Shown piece by piece: positions 9,117 to 19,300 of a stretch of 36,972 nucleotides of DNA (positions within the stretch are counted from its first letter, which is position 1; every line of letters begins with the position of its first letter). Made by a program: the position numbers and the translations under genes. The stretch is from an uncultured Verrucomicrobiota bacterium. GTDB taxonomy: Bacteria; Verrucomicrobiota; Verrucomicrobiia; Limisphaerales; RI-55. The stretch lies in contig CAYXDZ010000002.1 in NCBI GenBank assembly GCA_964463815.1, positions 1 to 36,972 of the forward strand. The letters are read 5' to 3'. The notes below the pieces were generated by a model. The model ran no database searches. It worked only from the letters and a program-made list of their open reading frames with translations, and was not told where the DNA came from.

Positions 9117-10844
9117 ATGCGCTGGACCCAAACCTTCATTCCCACCCTCAAGGAAAACCCCGCCGACGCGGAGATCGTCTCCCACCAACTGTTGCTGCGC
9201 GCCGGACTGGTGCGCAAGCTGACCGGCGGGCTTTACACTTTCCTGCCCATGGGCCTGCGGGTGTTGAAGAAGATCGAAAACATCGTGCGCGAGGAGATGG
9301 ATCGAGCGGGCGGGATCGAGGTGCTCATGCCGGCGTTGCAACCGCCCGAAATCTGGCAGCGCTCCGGCCGCTATGAAACCGCCGCCGACGTACTCTACAA
9401 AGTGCGTGACCGCGCAAAGAAGGAATGGGTGCTCGGGCCGACGCACGAGGAAGTCATCACCACCCTCGCCGCCCACGAGATCAATTCCTACCGCCAGTTG
9501 CCCCGCAATTTTTACCAAATCCAGTTGAAATTTCGGGATGAGATCCGCCCGCGCTTCGGCCTGATGCGCGCCAAGGAGTTCATCATGAAGGACGCCTACA
9601 GCTTCGACGTGAACGACGGGGCGGCGATGGTCAGCTACCAGAAGATGTATGACGCCTACACCCGCATTTTTGCGCGCTGCGGGTTGCAGGCATTTCCGGT
9701 CGAGGCGGACACCGGCGTCATCGGCGGCAGCCATTCGCATGAATTCATGGTGCCGGCGGAAACGGGCGAAAACAATGTCGTCTATTGTGAAGCCTGTGGT
9801 TACGCGGCGAACATCGAGAAGGCCACAAGCGGGCTGCCCAAAACCGCACCGCGCGAAATCGGAGCCGCACCCGAGAAGTTTGCCACGCCCGGCGTGGTCA
9901 CGATTGAGGCGCTGAGCAAACCACCCCACGGCGTGCCGGCCAACCGCCAGATCAAGACGCTCGTTTATATCGTGGATTCAAAGCCGGTCCTGATTCTCGT
10001 GCGGGGCGACGACCAACTGAACGAAACCAAGCTGCTGGCCCGCATCGGGGCCGTGGCCGCGCGGCCCGCCGATGCCACCAATCAGGACGATCTGGTTCAT
10101 TTTAACGCGCTGGGGGCTCGACCCGGTTCCCTGGGTGCGGTCAGCAACGTGCCCGCTGACTGGAAAGTTTACGCGGACGAACGCTTGCGCGGCGCGAACG
10201 ACATGACCACCGGCGCGAATGAGGACGGCTGGCATTTCCGCAATATCGCAATGGAGCGCGACATCAAAGTGACGCAATGGTCCGATTTGCGGACGGTTAC
10301 CCGTGGCGAGCCCTGTGTGAAGTGCGGCCAGCCGTTGAAAATCCGCCGCGCCATCGAAGTGGGTCACGTCTTCAAGCTGGGCACGAAATATTCCGAGAAA
10401 CTCGACGCCAAGTTCCTGGATGAAGCCGGCCAGCAGCATCCCTGCTTCATGGGTTGCTACGGCATCGGCATCACCCGCACGTTGCAGGCGGTCATCGAGC
10501 AGTCCCATGACAAGGACGGCATCATCTGGCCCAAGGCGGTCGCGCCCCACACCGTTTGCATCACCCCGCTGAGCGTCGCGGCGGACAGCCCGATCATGCA
10601 GCTCGCGGAGAAGTTTTACGGAGAGCTCACCGCCCAAGGTGTGGATGTGATCCTCGATGACCGCGATGATCGTCCCGGCGTTAAGTTCAAGGATGCCGAC
10701 CTGGTGGGTTTCCCGGTGCGCCTTGCCATTGGTGAAAAGGGCCTGGCCAAAGGCATTGTTGAAATCAAGCCACGCGGCGGCGAGTTGTTGACCGTCGCGC
10801 CGGAGGAAGCGGTTGCCACGGTGTTCAAACTCCTCGCCGACTGA
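9117..10844 (+). CDS. proS: Proline--tRNA ligase (bacterial type with editing insertion)
   Basis: MRWTQTFIPTLKENPADAEIVSHQLLLRAGLVRKL, class II motifs FRDEIRPRFGLMRAKEFIMKDAYSF and GCYGIGITR, and an anticodon-binding C-terminus. Start at the ATG at 9117. Confidence 0.95.
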   Translation: MRWTQTFIPTLKENPADAEIVSHQLLLRAGLVRKLTGGLYTFLPMGLRVLKKIENIVREEMDRAGGIEVLMPALQPPEIWQRSGRYETAADVLYKVRDRAKKEWVLGPTHEEVITTLAAHEINSYRQLPRNFYQIQLKFRDEIRPRFGLMRAKEFIMKDAYSFDVNDGAAMVSYQKMYDAYTRIFARCGLQAFPVEADTGVIGGSHSHEFMVPAETGENNVVYCEACGYAANIEKATSGLPKTAPREIGAAPEKFATPGVVTIEALSKPPHGVPANRQIKTLVYIVDSKPVLILVRGDDQLNETKLLARIGAVAARPADATNQDDLVHFNALGARPGSLGAVSNVPADWKVYADERLRGANDMTTGANEDGWHFRNIAMERDIKVTQWSDLRTVTRGEPCVKCGQPLKIRRAIEVGHVFKLGTKYSEKLDAKFLDEAGQQHPCFMGCYGIGITRTLQAVIEQSHDKDGIIWPKAVAPHTVCITPLSVAADSPIMQLAEKFYGELTAQGVDVILDDRDDRPGVKFKDADLVGFPVRLAIGEKGLAKGIVEIKPRGGELLTVAPEEAVATVFKLLAD

Positions 10845-10995
10845 ATCCTTGCCTGGTCCGGTCAACCCGCTTCCGGCCGAGGCCTGGCTCAAACGGCGCG
10901 TGACATTTCCGCCCAAAAAGCCGCTTTTCTTTTGGCGCTCGTTCCCTACAGTGCGCGCCTTGTTTTGAACCTGAACTCACGAACGAACTGAAATT

Positions 10996-13062
10996 ATGGG
11001 AGCCGATACCTCCGTTGCGCAAAAAGTCGAAGCACCGCCACTGAAGCCGTTGAACCTCAAAAGCCGGCTCGCCGGCACCCCCGGCGCGCCCAAATACGCC
11101 GTCAAGGTCAAGAACGCCGCCGGCCAGGAAGTCACCCTGGGCGATCCTCGGGCGACGCGGGCGTTGGTGGCGCTGATGGACGTTCACGCGGTCAACGGCG
11201 GCGCGGCCTGCCACTGGGGCGGCCCGGCGGCCTTCGCCGAGATCAACGCGGCGGTGCATGGGTTGATGTTTTCCACTTCGGGCCGGCCCTGGTTCGATGC
11301 GTTTAATTACGTCAACGACGCCGGTCACGCGGAGAACGGCGTCTATGCCTTGCGCGCCAACTACGGCTTCGATGGGATGACCTTCGACTCGCTGAAGGAC
11401 TTCCGGTCGATCAAGTCCAAGCTTACCGGCCACGGTGAATCCCATCTCAACCCCGAGGGGGTGTTGCTCTCGAACGGGCCGCTTGGCTCGTCCGTGGGCC
11501 AGGCGCAGGGCCTCGCGCTGGGCGACAAGACGGCGGCCCGCGATCGGGTCACCGTATTGATCGTCTCCGATGGCGCCTCGATGGAAGGCGAGGCGAAAGA
11601 AGGTTTCGCCGCGATTCCCGGCCTCGCCGCCAAGGGCCGCGTGAGTCCTTTCGTGCTGATCATCTCCGACAACGACACCAAACTCTCCGGCCGCATTACG
11701 AAGGACGCCTTCTCGATGCAGCCTTCGTTCGAGGCGATGGACGATCTCGGCTGGCGCGTGACCAAGGTGACCAACGGTCACGACTTGCAGGCGGTTTATT
11801 CCGCGTTCGAGCGGGCCGTTGCCGACGCGAAAGCCGACCCCACCAAACCTGTCTGCCTGTGGGTGAAGACGATCAAGGGCTTTGGCATCAAGGCGACCGA
11901 AGAAAACAGCGCGGGTGGCCACGGCTTCCCGCTGGCGAACGGTGAAAAAATTCCGGACTGGATCACCGAGCTTTACAAAGGTGACACCCCGCCGGCCGAA
12001 TTTGTGAAGTGGGCCGCCGACCTCCGCGCGGACTGGGAAAAGAAAGAAGCCGAGAAGAAGGCCAAAGCCGCCACCGCTCCGGCCGCGGCTCCGTCGGTGA
12101 AGAAGGACAAGGTGCAATCCGGCCTTGCCCAAGGCGCGATCCGCGCGGCTGTGGACGGTTACCCGGTTTATTCGATCAGCTCCGACGTGCAGGGCTCGAC
12201 CGGCATGAGCCCGTTTCAGAAGACCTTCCCCGATCGCTTCGTCGAGGTCGGCATCGCCGAAGCGAACATGATCAGCGTCGGCGCCGGTTACGCGAAGATG
12301 GGCTTCATCCCCATCGTGGACACGTTCGGTCAGTTCGGCGTCACCAAGGGCAATCTCCCACTGACCATGGCCGCACTGTCGCAGGCCCCGGTGGTCGCGG
12401 TCTTTTCGCACATCGGTTTTCAGGACGCGGCGGATGGCGCGAGTCATCAGGCGACGACTTATCTCGCGGCGGTTTCCGCCATCCCACATACCGTCGCCAT
12501 CGCACCGAGCTGCGCGACCGAGGCCGAATGGTTGATGTACGAGGCGATCAAACGCCAGGCCGAGGACCGCAAGGCGGGCAAGGATGGTGAGAACTATATC
12601 TTCTTCGTCGGTCGCGAGAATTACCCGGTGCAGTGGCTCGACAACCCGAAATACCAATGGGGCAAGGCGACGGTCCTGCAGGAGGGAACGGATGTCGTGC
12701 TGGTCGGCTCGGGGCAGCTCGTGGGTCGCACGATCGACGCCGGCAAGAAGCTCGCCGCCAAGGGCGTCAAGGCCTGCGTGATCGCCAACCCGTTCATCAA
12801 CCACGTGGACGTCGAGACCATCGGCGCCGCGGTCAAGGCCGCCAACGGCCGGCTGGTGACCATCGAGGACCACCAGGTCGTGTGCGGCATGGGCGCGCAG
12901 GTCAGCCACGCGCTGAGCCGGGCGGGCATCGCTCATCGCGTCACGTCGCTGGGCATTCCGGGTGAGTTCGGCCAGAGCGCTTACGTCGCCGAGCATCTGT
13001 ATCAGAAGCACGGCATGACCGCCGACGGCCTGGTAGCCGCGGCCGAGACGCTGCTGAAGTAG
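10996..13062 (+). CDS. Transketolase-family thiamine-diphosphate enzyme (N, Pyr and C domains fused; divergent)
   Basis: 688 aa. TPP-binding region GHGESHLNPEGVLLSNGPLGSSVGQAQGLALG and SDGASMEGEAKEG...ISDND. Pyr domain FVEVGIAEANMISVGAGYA and HIGFQDAADGASHQ (canonical is DGPTHQ). A Lys/Ala/Glu-rich linker at about 12019-12123. Confidence 0.8.
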   Translation: MGADTSVAQKVEAPPLKPLNLKSRLAGTPGAPKYAVKVKNAAGQEVTLGDPRATRALVALMDVHAVNGGAACHWGGPAAFAEINAAVHGLMFSTSGRPWFDAFNYVNDAGHAENGVYALRANYGFDGMTFDSLKDFRSIKSKLTGHGESHLNPEGVLLSNGPLGSSVGQAQGLALGDKTAARDRVTVLIVSDGASMEGEAKEGFAAIPGLAAKGRVSPFVLIISDNDTKLSGRITKDAFSMQPSFEAMDDLGWRVTKVTNGHDLQAVYSAFERAVADAKADPTKPVCLWVKTIKGFGIKATEENSAGGHGFPLANGEKIPDWITELYKGDTPPAEFVKWAADLRADWEKKEAEKKAKAATAPAAAPSVKKDKVQSGLAQGAIRAAVDGYPVYSISSDVQGSTGMSPFQKTFPDRFVEVGIAEANMISVGAGYAKMGFIPIVDTFGQFGVTKGNLPLTMAALSQAPVVAVFSHIGFQDAADGASHQATTYLAAVSAIPHTVAIAPSCATEAEWLMYEAIKRQAEDRKAGKDGENYIFFVGRENYPVQWLDNPKYQWGKATVLQEGTDVVLVGSGQLVGRTIDAGKKLAAKGVKACVIANPFINHVDVETIGAAVKAANGRLVTIEDHQVVCGMGAQVSHALSRAGIAHRVTSLGIPGEFGQSAYVAEHLYQKHGMTADGLVAAAETLLK

Positions 13063-13086
13063 GCGTCCCGGTTCCGTTTCGTTTCC

Positions 13087-13120
13087 AGCCTGCGGGTGTT
13101 TGCCCGCAGGCTTCTTTTTA
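13087..13120 (+). terminator. Rho-independent terminator after the transketolase-family gene
   Basis: Perfect 10-bp stem AGCCTGCGGG (13087-13096) / CCCGCAGGCT (13103-13112), a 6-nt loop, then TCTTTTTA. It lies 25 nt after the stop codon. Confidence 0.7.
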
Positions 13121-13315
13121 TCCCGGGGGATGAACGGGGGCCTTTGAACCGCCAGGCCCGAAAGTGCGCTTATGGCCCGCCCCGAACGTCCTTCGTCAAC
13201 CCCACTTTCGTTCCCGGTCAAGCGCTGCGATTTGTAGTGAAACTTTTTTGGAAATGCACACCATCCGCACTGCTACCGGTTTTGGGCCGTGGTATTCCCC
13301 AAACCACCTATCAGC

Positions 13316-16300
13316 ATGAAAACATCGTTGTTCTGCGGCGGCTCCGCCAGCCTTCCGCGTGGTTGCCGAATCGGGATGGTGACCGCCACTCTCCTTTGCT
13401 CCCAATTGCTGTTTGCCCAGCCGGTTTATTGGGATCCGGCCCAGGGAGGAAACGGCCACTACTACGAGGTGGTGGTCGTGCCGGGAGGGATCAACTTCTG
13501 GGAAGCGCGGCTGCAGGCGTCCGCGCGGGGCGGCCGGCTGGCAAGCATCAACTCGGCTGCGGAGAATGAGTTCGTTCACGCCCTCGCAGCGGCGAACACC
13601 AACGCCTGGTGGACAGATGGCACGACCACCCACGGTCCCTGGCTGGGTGGATTTCAGGCTGATGGTTCGCCCGAGCCGACCGGCGGTTGGGGGTGGATCG
13701 GAGGCGAGCCGTTCAGTTACACGAACTGGGCCAATGGCCAGCCCGACAACTGGGCCAACAGCGAAAACGCGCTTCATTTCTGGGCGCTGGGCGCCAACAA
13801 TTTCGCGGCAACCTGGAACGACATCAACGGCACCGCCGGTTCACCGCGCAGCTACGTGCTGGAGGTGGACATCACCGCGGCCACCGGATGGATCGCCCGC
13901 AATGCAGCCACCGACTTCTCGGCGACGCTCAATCCCAGCGCGCCCTGGACTCACGGCTACGCACTCAATCCGGGCGCTTCGTTCACCGCCTTTGGACACG
14001 CCACGACGGCGGCTGGCCTGCAGGTCTGGCAGCGGCCGGGAACGAGCGACCCGCCCTCGACGGTCTTCAACCCGACGGGAAGCACGAGCACGCCCGGCAC
14101 GCCGGTGTATGCGGCGGGCGAGCTGCACCTTCACCCCGGGCCGACGGGTGAGTTCGCCGTGCTGCGGTTCACCGCGCCGGTGACCGGCATCTACGAGATT
14201 AACGCCGCATTCCAAGGAGCCGACACGGTGGGAACCTCCACCGACGTCTGGGTGCTGTCCGGGACCAATGAATGGTTCCGGGGCACTGTCAACGGGTACG
14301 GACCGGCCAGCCGGAGGGCGTACCGGACGGCGGTGCCGCTGAATGCCGGAGCGAACATTGATTTCGCGGTCGGGCCCAATGGGACCTATTTCTACGACAA
14401 CACTTTGGTGGAAGTGCAAATCAGCTACCGGGCGACGACCGACGCGGTCAGCGGAACGATCGCCTATGCCGGCGAGGAGGATCGCTACAGCTTCCAACTG
14501 GCGCAGCCGGCAACGATGTATTTCGACTCGCGCACTTCGAGTTCGGGCCTCAACTGGACGCTGACCGGGCCGCCGGGGACGGTGGTCAACGTGCGCGGGT
14601 TCGGCAGCAGCGATGCGGACACGAGCAGTGACCCGTTGCTGCGTCTGCCGGCGGGCGATTACACGCTGGTCATCCGCGGGAGCGGGGCGACCACCGGGGC
14701 CTATGAGTTCGTGCTGCTCAATCTGGCCGATGCGACACTGATCACACCGGCGACGGTCATCGCAAATCACGAGTTCCCGCGGCGAACGACCGATCTCTAC
14801 CAGTTCACCGCCAATTCCGGTGACGTGATGTCCTTCGACCGGTTGACGCTGGTCAATGGCGGCAGCCCCTACTGGCGGCTTGTCGATCCCTACGGAAAAA
14901 TCGTCTGGGCCACCTATTTCAACGACGTCAACAACGTCACCCTACCCGCCACCGGCACCTACACGCTGCTGGTCGAAGGGACGATCAGCGGTGGCTCGGC
15001 GACCAGCTACTCGTTCCAGCTCCTGCCGCAGGGCGGCACGCCCTCGCCGGCCTTCACCGGCATGCCGCTGGCTCTGGGCACCGGAGTGACCAACGTGATC
15101 GACACCGTCGGTGCGACCAACGCCTACACCTTCACGCTCGCGCAGCCGACCCGGCTCTATTACGACAGCCTGACCAACAACGGCAGTTTGCGCTACACGC
15201 TGTTCGGTCCCGGCGGCACCGTGGCCACGACGCGTGGCGTCAGCGGCGGCGCAAACAGTGACCTGCATTATGCGCCGGCGGGCGACTACCAGCTCGTGAT
15301 CTCGGCGGTGAGCAGCTACACCGGCTCGTTCGCGTTTCGCCTGCTTGATCTCGCGACGGCCACCCCGATCACGCCGGGCACCGTGGTCAATGGCACCACC
15401 ACGCCGGCCAGCGGGCTGCGGATGTACCGGTTCAGCGCCACGCCCGGCACGCGGCTGTTCTTCGATGCGCTGTCGCAGTCCGGCTACACCTATTTCGGCA
15501 ACGCCTACTGGTCGCTGGTCGATCCCTACGGGAACGTGTTGTTTGCCGACAACGGCTTTGGTGACCGTGCGACGACCACATTAACGGGGAACGGTGATTA
15601 CACCCTCTGGGTCGCGGGCGGCGATCACGAGCCGGGCGCCCAGGGAAACTTCTCCTTCAACCTGGTGCCCGCGACGGAGACCTCGACCGCCCTGGTATTG
15701 AACACCGCCTACAGCGGCAGCGTGGCCACGCCGGGCCAGCAGCACCTCCACACGTTCAGCCTTGCGGAATCGAAGCGCGTCTATTTCCAATCGCTCACCA
15801 ACCAGCCGAGCATCCGTTGGACGATGACTGGTCCGGGCGGCGTGGTGCAGTCGGCCATCGCCTTCAACACCGGCGGCTGGCTCGCCTACACGCTGGCGCC
15901 CGGCGACTACACGATCACTGTCTTCGCGAACGGTGATCTCACGGGCGGTTACGCCTTCAAGCTGGTGGACTACGCCACCGCCACGTCGATCACCGTGGGA
16001 CCAACGATCAACGGCACGGTCACCCCGGCGGCCTCGATCAACATCCATGAGCTGACGCTCACCGCGGGTGACCGGTTGTTTGTCGATGCGTTGTCCCAAA
16101 GCGGGTTCACCTACTACGGCACCGCCTTCTGGCGGCTCGAAGATCCCGAGGGTAACACCGTGTTTCTCCCGGACATCAACCTCCATTGGGATCGTGGTTT
16201 CAGCGACATCGGACCGTTCACGGTGCCGCGCACGGCCGCCTACCAGCTGTTGATCGGCGGTGGAGTTCAGGAAACGCAGGCCGGCGGCAACTACAGCTTC

Positions 16301-19300
16301 CGCATCCTGCCGGTCGTGGACACGACCCAGCCGCTCACCTTCGGCCAGGTCATCGAGCCGGCGATCACCTCGCCCGGGCAGCAGCTTGTTTACACGTTCA
16401 CCTTGAACGGACCGACCCGCGTCCAACTCGACAACCAGCGCAGCACGCCAAACCTCCGTTGGACGCTGGCCGACGCGGGCCGCACCTACGCGGCGAACAT
16501 CGGATTCAACAGCGACAGCTGGTACGTTTACGATTTGCCGGCCGGGAACTACCGACTCATCGTCAACACCGGCAACGACGCCACGGGCACGGCCCGTTTG
16601 CAGTTGCTCGACTTCGCCGCCGCCACGCCAATCACGCTCGACACGGTGCACAACGTTACGCTGGTTCCGCCCACCGAGGACCGGCAGTTCAGGTTCTCCG
16701 CCGCCGCCGGGCAGCGGGTGTATTTCGATCTTCTCAGCCAGAGCGGCTTCACCTACTACGGCTACCCCTTCTGGCGGCTGGAAGGTCCGGGCGGCAACGT
16801 CCTCCTTGAGGCGGGCGTCGCCGATGCCGGCCCGATTGTGCTGCCCGAGAACGGCAGCTACACACTGATCGTCCACGGCAACCACAACGAAGCCCAGCCG
16901 CAGGGGAACCTGAGCTTTCGCATCAACAACGCCCCGCTCACGACGTCGCCGCTGGTGCTCGATTCCCTGACCACGGGCGAACTGGCGATCGCGGGCGAGA
17001 CGGACCGTTTCGTGTTCACGCTCGCACAGCCCGCACAGGTGGTCTTCGACTCCCGCACGAACAGTCCGCTGCGGGTGTCGCTTTCCGGACCCGGCGGCCT
17101 GGTGGCCAACAACTGGGCTTTCAACAGCCTGGACGGCCCCAACCGCGACAGCTACCTGAACCTGCCGGCCGGCGATTACACGCTGGATGTCACCGGCTCG
17201 ACCGACGCCACGGGCGGTTACGCATTCCTGCTGCGGACGCTCGCCTCGGCGGAGGCGCTGGCGCTGAACACGACGATCAACGGCACGCTGGATCCGGCGA
17301 ACGCGACCCGGCTGTACCGCTTCACCGCCAGCGCCGGTGACCGGATTCGCTTCCAGGCACTGAGCCAGTCGGGCATGCCGAACGCCTATTGGCGGCTGCG
17401 CGATCCGCAGGGCGACCTGGTCTGGGGCAGTTACTTCAACGGCTCCGCCCACAGCAACCTGCTCGCGCGGACAGGCGCCTACACCCTGCAACTCGAGGGT
17501 TACCACGCCGAGGCTTCCGCCAGCGGCAGCTTCTCCTTCAGCTCGACGACGTTCGCACCCACGCCGCCACCCGGCCCCTCGGGCACGGCCATCACCCTCG
17601 GCGAAACCGTGAACGGCACGCTGCCGACGTCCGGCACGGTCCATTCGTTTGCGCTCACGCTCACCCAGCCAGGACGCCTCTATCTGGACTGGCTGCGGGC
17701 GATGGATGGCTTCTCATGGGCGTTGGTCGGACCCGGCGGCGTGGTGGTTCCCTCGACGTCGGTCTATGCGACGCTGAACCCGCCGCTGCACACGCGAGCG
17801 CTCCTGCCCGGCACCTATGAACTGCAGCTTACGGGCACGGTAAATCCCTACTCATTCCGCGTGCTCGATGTCAACGCCGCGCCGCTCTACACGCTGGACA
17901 CCGTGCACACCAATGAACTGGTGCCCGCCGCGGGCGCGAGTTTCCTGCGGGTGAACCTCACCGCGGGACAACGACTGTTCTTCGATCTGCTTTCCGAAAC
18001 GGGCCTGAACAGTTCCGCCACCAAGCGACTGGAGGACGCCGCCGGCAACCTGCTCTTCACCCTGGGTCATGCGGCCAACGCCGGACCGGTCGATGTCCGC
18101 GTCACCGGTGAACACCTCCTGAACTTCGATGGCCAGTGGGCCAACCCCGGCGCCACGGGTGCTGTCGCGTTCAATCTCCGCACCGTCCTGCAGCCGACCA
18201 GCCCGCTGGCGTTCGGCACGGTCCACTCGAACACCCTTGCCGGTGGCGGCGATGTTCATCAGTTCACCTTCACCCTTGCCGGCACCAACCGGGTGTTCTT
18301 CGATGCGTTGAACAATCCTCCGGGCGGCTGGAAATGGACGCTCGAAGGGCCCGGTGGCCCGCTCGTGCAAAACCGCGGCGTGGTCTCCTCGGACGGCGTG
18401 GACATTGGCGAACCCTCGCTCCTGCTCCGACCGGGGGATTATCGTTTGTCCGTTTCCAGCGACAGCGATCAGCTGATTCCCTTTGTCTTCCAGTTGTTGC
18501 GCGACGTGGATGCCACGCCCTTCGCAATCGGGAGCACGGTGACCACCAATCACGCGCCCGGCACGGCGACCAGCCTGTGGCGCTTCAGTGCCACCGCCGG
18601 CCAGCAGGTGTACTTTGACGCCGTTCCCGGCGGCTACACACCAAACCTGCGCATCTACTCGCCCGGCGGGAGCCAGTTCGCAAGTTTCGGCACCGGCAGC
18701 GATGTGGACACGTTTGCGCTCCCGGCGACCGGCGAATACCTCGTCGCGCTCGAAGGGCGCATCTACGAGGCGGCCGCCAGCGGCACCGTCAGCTTCGCCT
18801 TCCTGCCGATCTCCTATCCGACCAACACCCTCGCGCTCGACACCGTCGTTGCCGGCGCCATTTCCACTCCTGGCACGCGTCATCACTGGACCTTCTCCCT
18901 GGCGACACCCCGGCAGCTCTGGTTCGACACGCTCACCAACGCGCCGGGCGCGACCTGGACGCTGACCCGCGGCCAGAACGTTCTCGTCTCTGCGCGCGGC
19001 TTCCTCGGCTCCGACGGCATCGACATCGGCAACGCGCTACTGTCACTTCCCGCGGGCGACTACGTGCTGACGGTCAGTCTGGGCCTGGGCAGCACAGGCA
19101 CTTACGCGTTCCAATTGGTCAGCCCGGAGTCGACCACGCTCATGCAGATGAACGTAAACACTGCGGTCCTGCTCGACCCGCCGGTCGTGACGCGTCTCCT
19201 CGCATTCAACGAAACGGCCGGTGAACGTTTCTACTTCGACGGTCGGCCGCAGTCGGGAGCCGGCAGCGCCAACGCCCGACTCTACGATCCATTCGGCGCA

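Noticed and set aside
10845-10995. Possible terminator or regulatory hairpin between proS and the transketolase-family gene (GCCCAAAAAGCCGCTTTTCTTTTGGCGC)
   Set aside because: Only weak, A/T-based imperfect pairing. It is not convincing as an intrinsic terminator.
10825-13221. 798 aa ORF antisense to the transketolase-family gene
   Set aside because: It overlaps a CDS with clear TPP-enzyme motifs, has a noncoding-like composition, and would run through the terminator hairpin.
13230-13257. A/T-rich patch (TTTGTAGTGAAACTTTTTTGGAAATG) as the promoter of the giant gene
   Set aside because: It is the only A/T-rich stretch upstream and so is plausible. But I cannot define convincing -35/-10 elements for this lineage from sequence alone, so it is not reported as a feature.
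13289-13315. GTG at 13289 as the start of the giant ORF (track start)
   Set aside because: The ATG at 13316 gives a standard n-region/h-region signal peptide. The 9 extra residues (VFPKPPIS) add nothing recognisable. Either start remains possible.
13450-13870. C-type lectin fold as a possible diversity-generating retroelement (DGR) target
   Set aside because: The window has no reverse transcriptase gene. I saw no nearby template/variable repeat pair with adenine-specific mismatches. The CTLD is N-terminal and of the classical carbohydrate-recognition type, not a C-terminal VR.
15581-17644. 687 aa ORF antisense to the PPC-like array
   Set aside because: An Arg/Gly/Ala/Val-rich antisense artefact. 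The sense strand shows the periodic A/B domain pattern.
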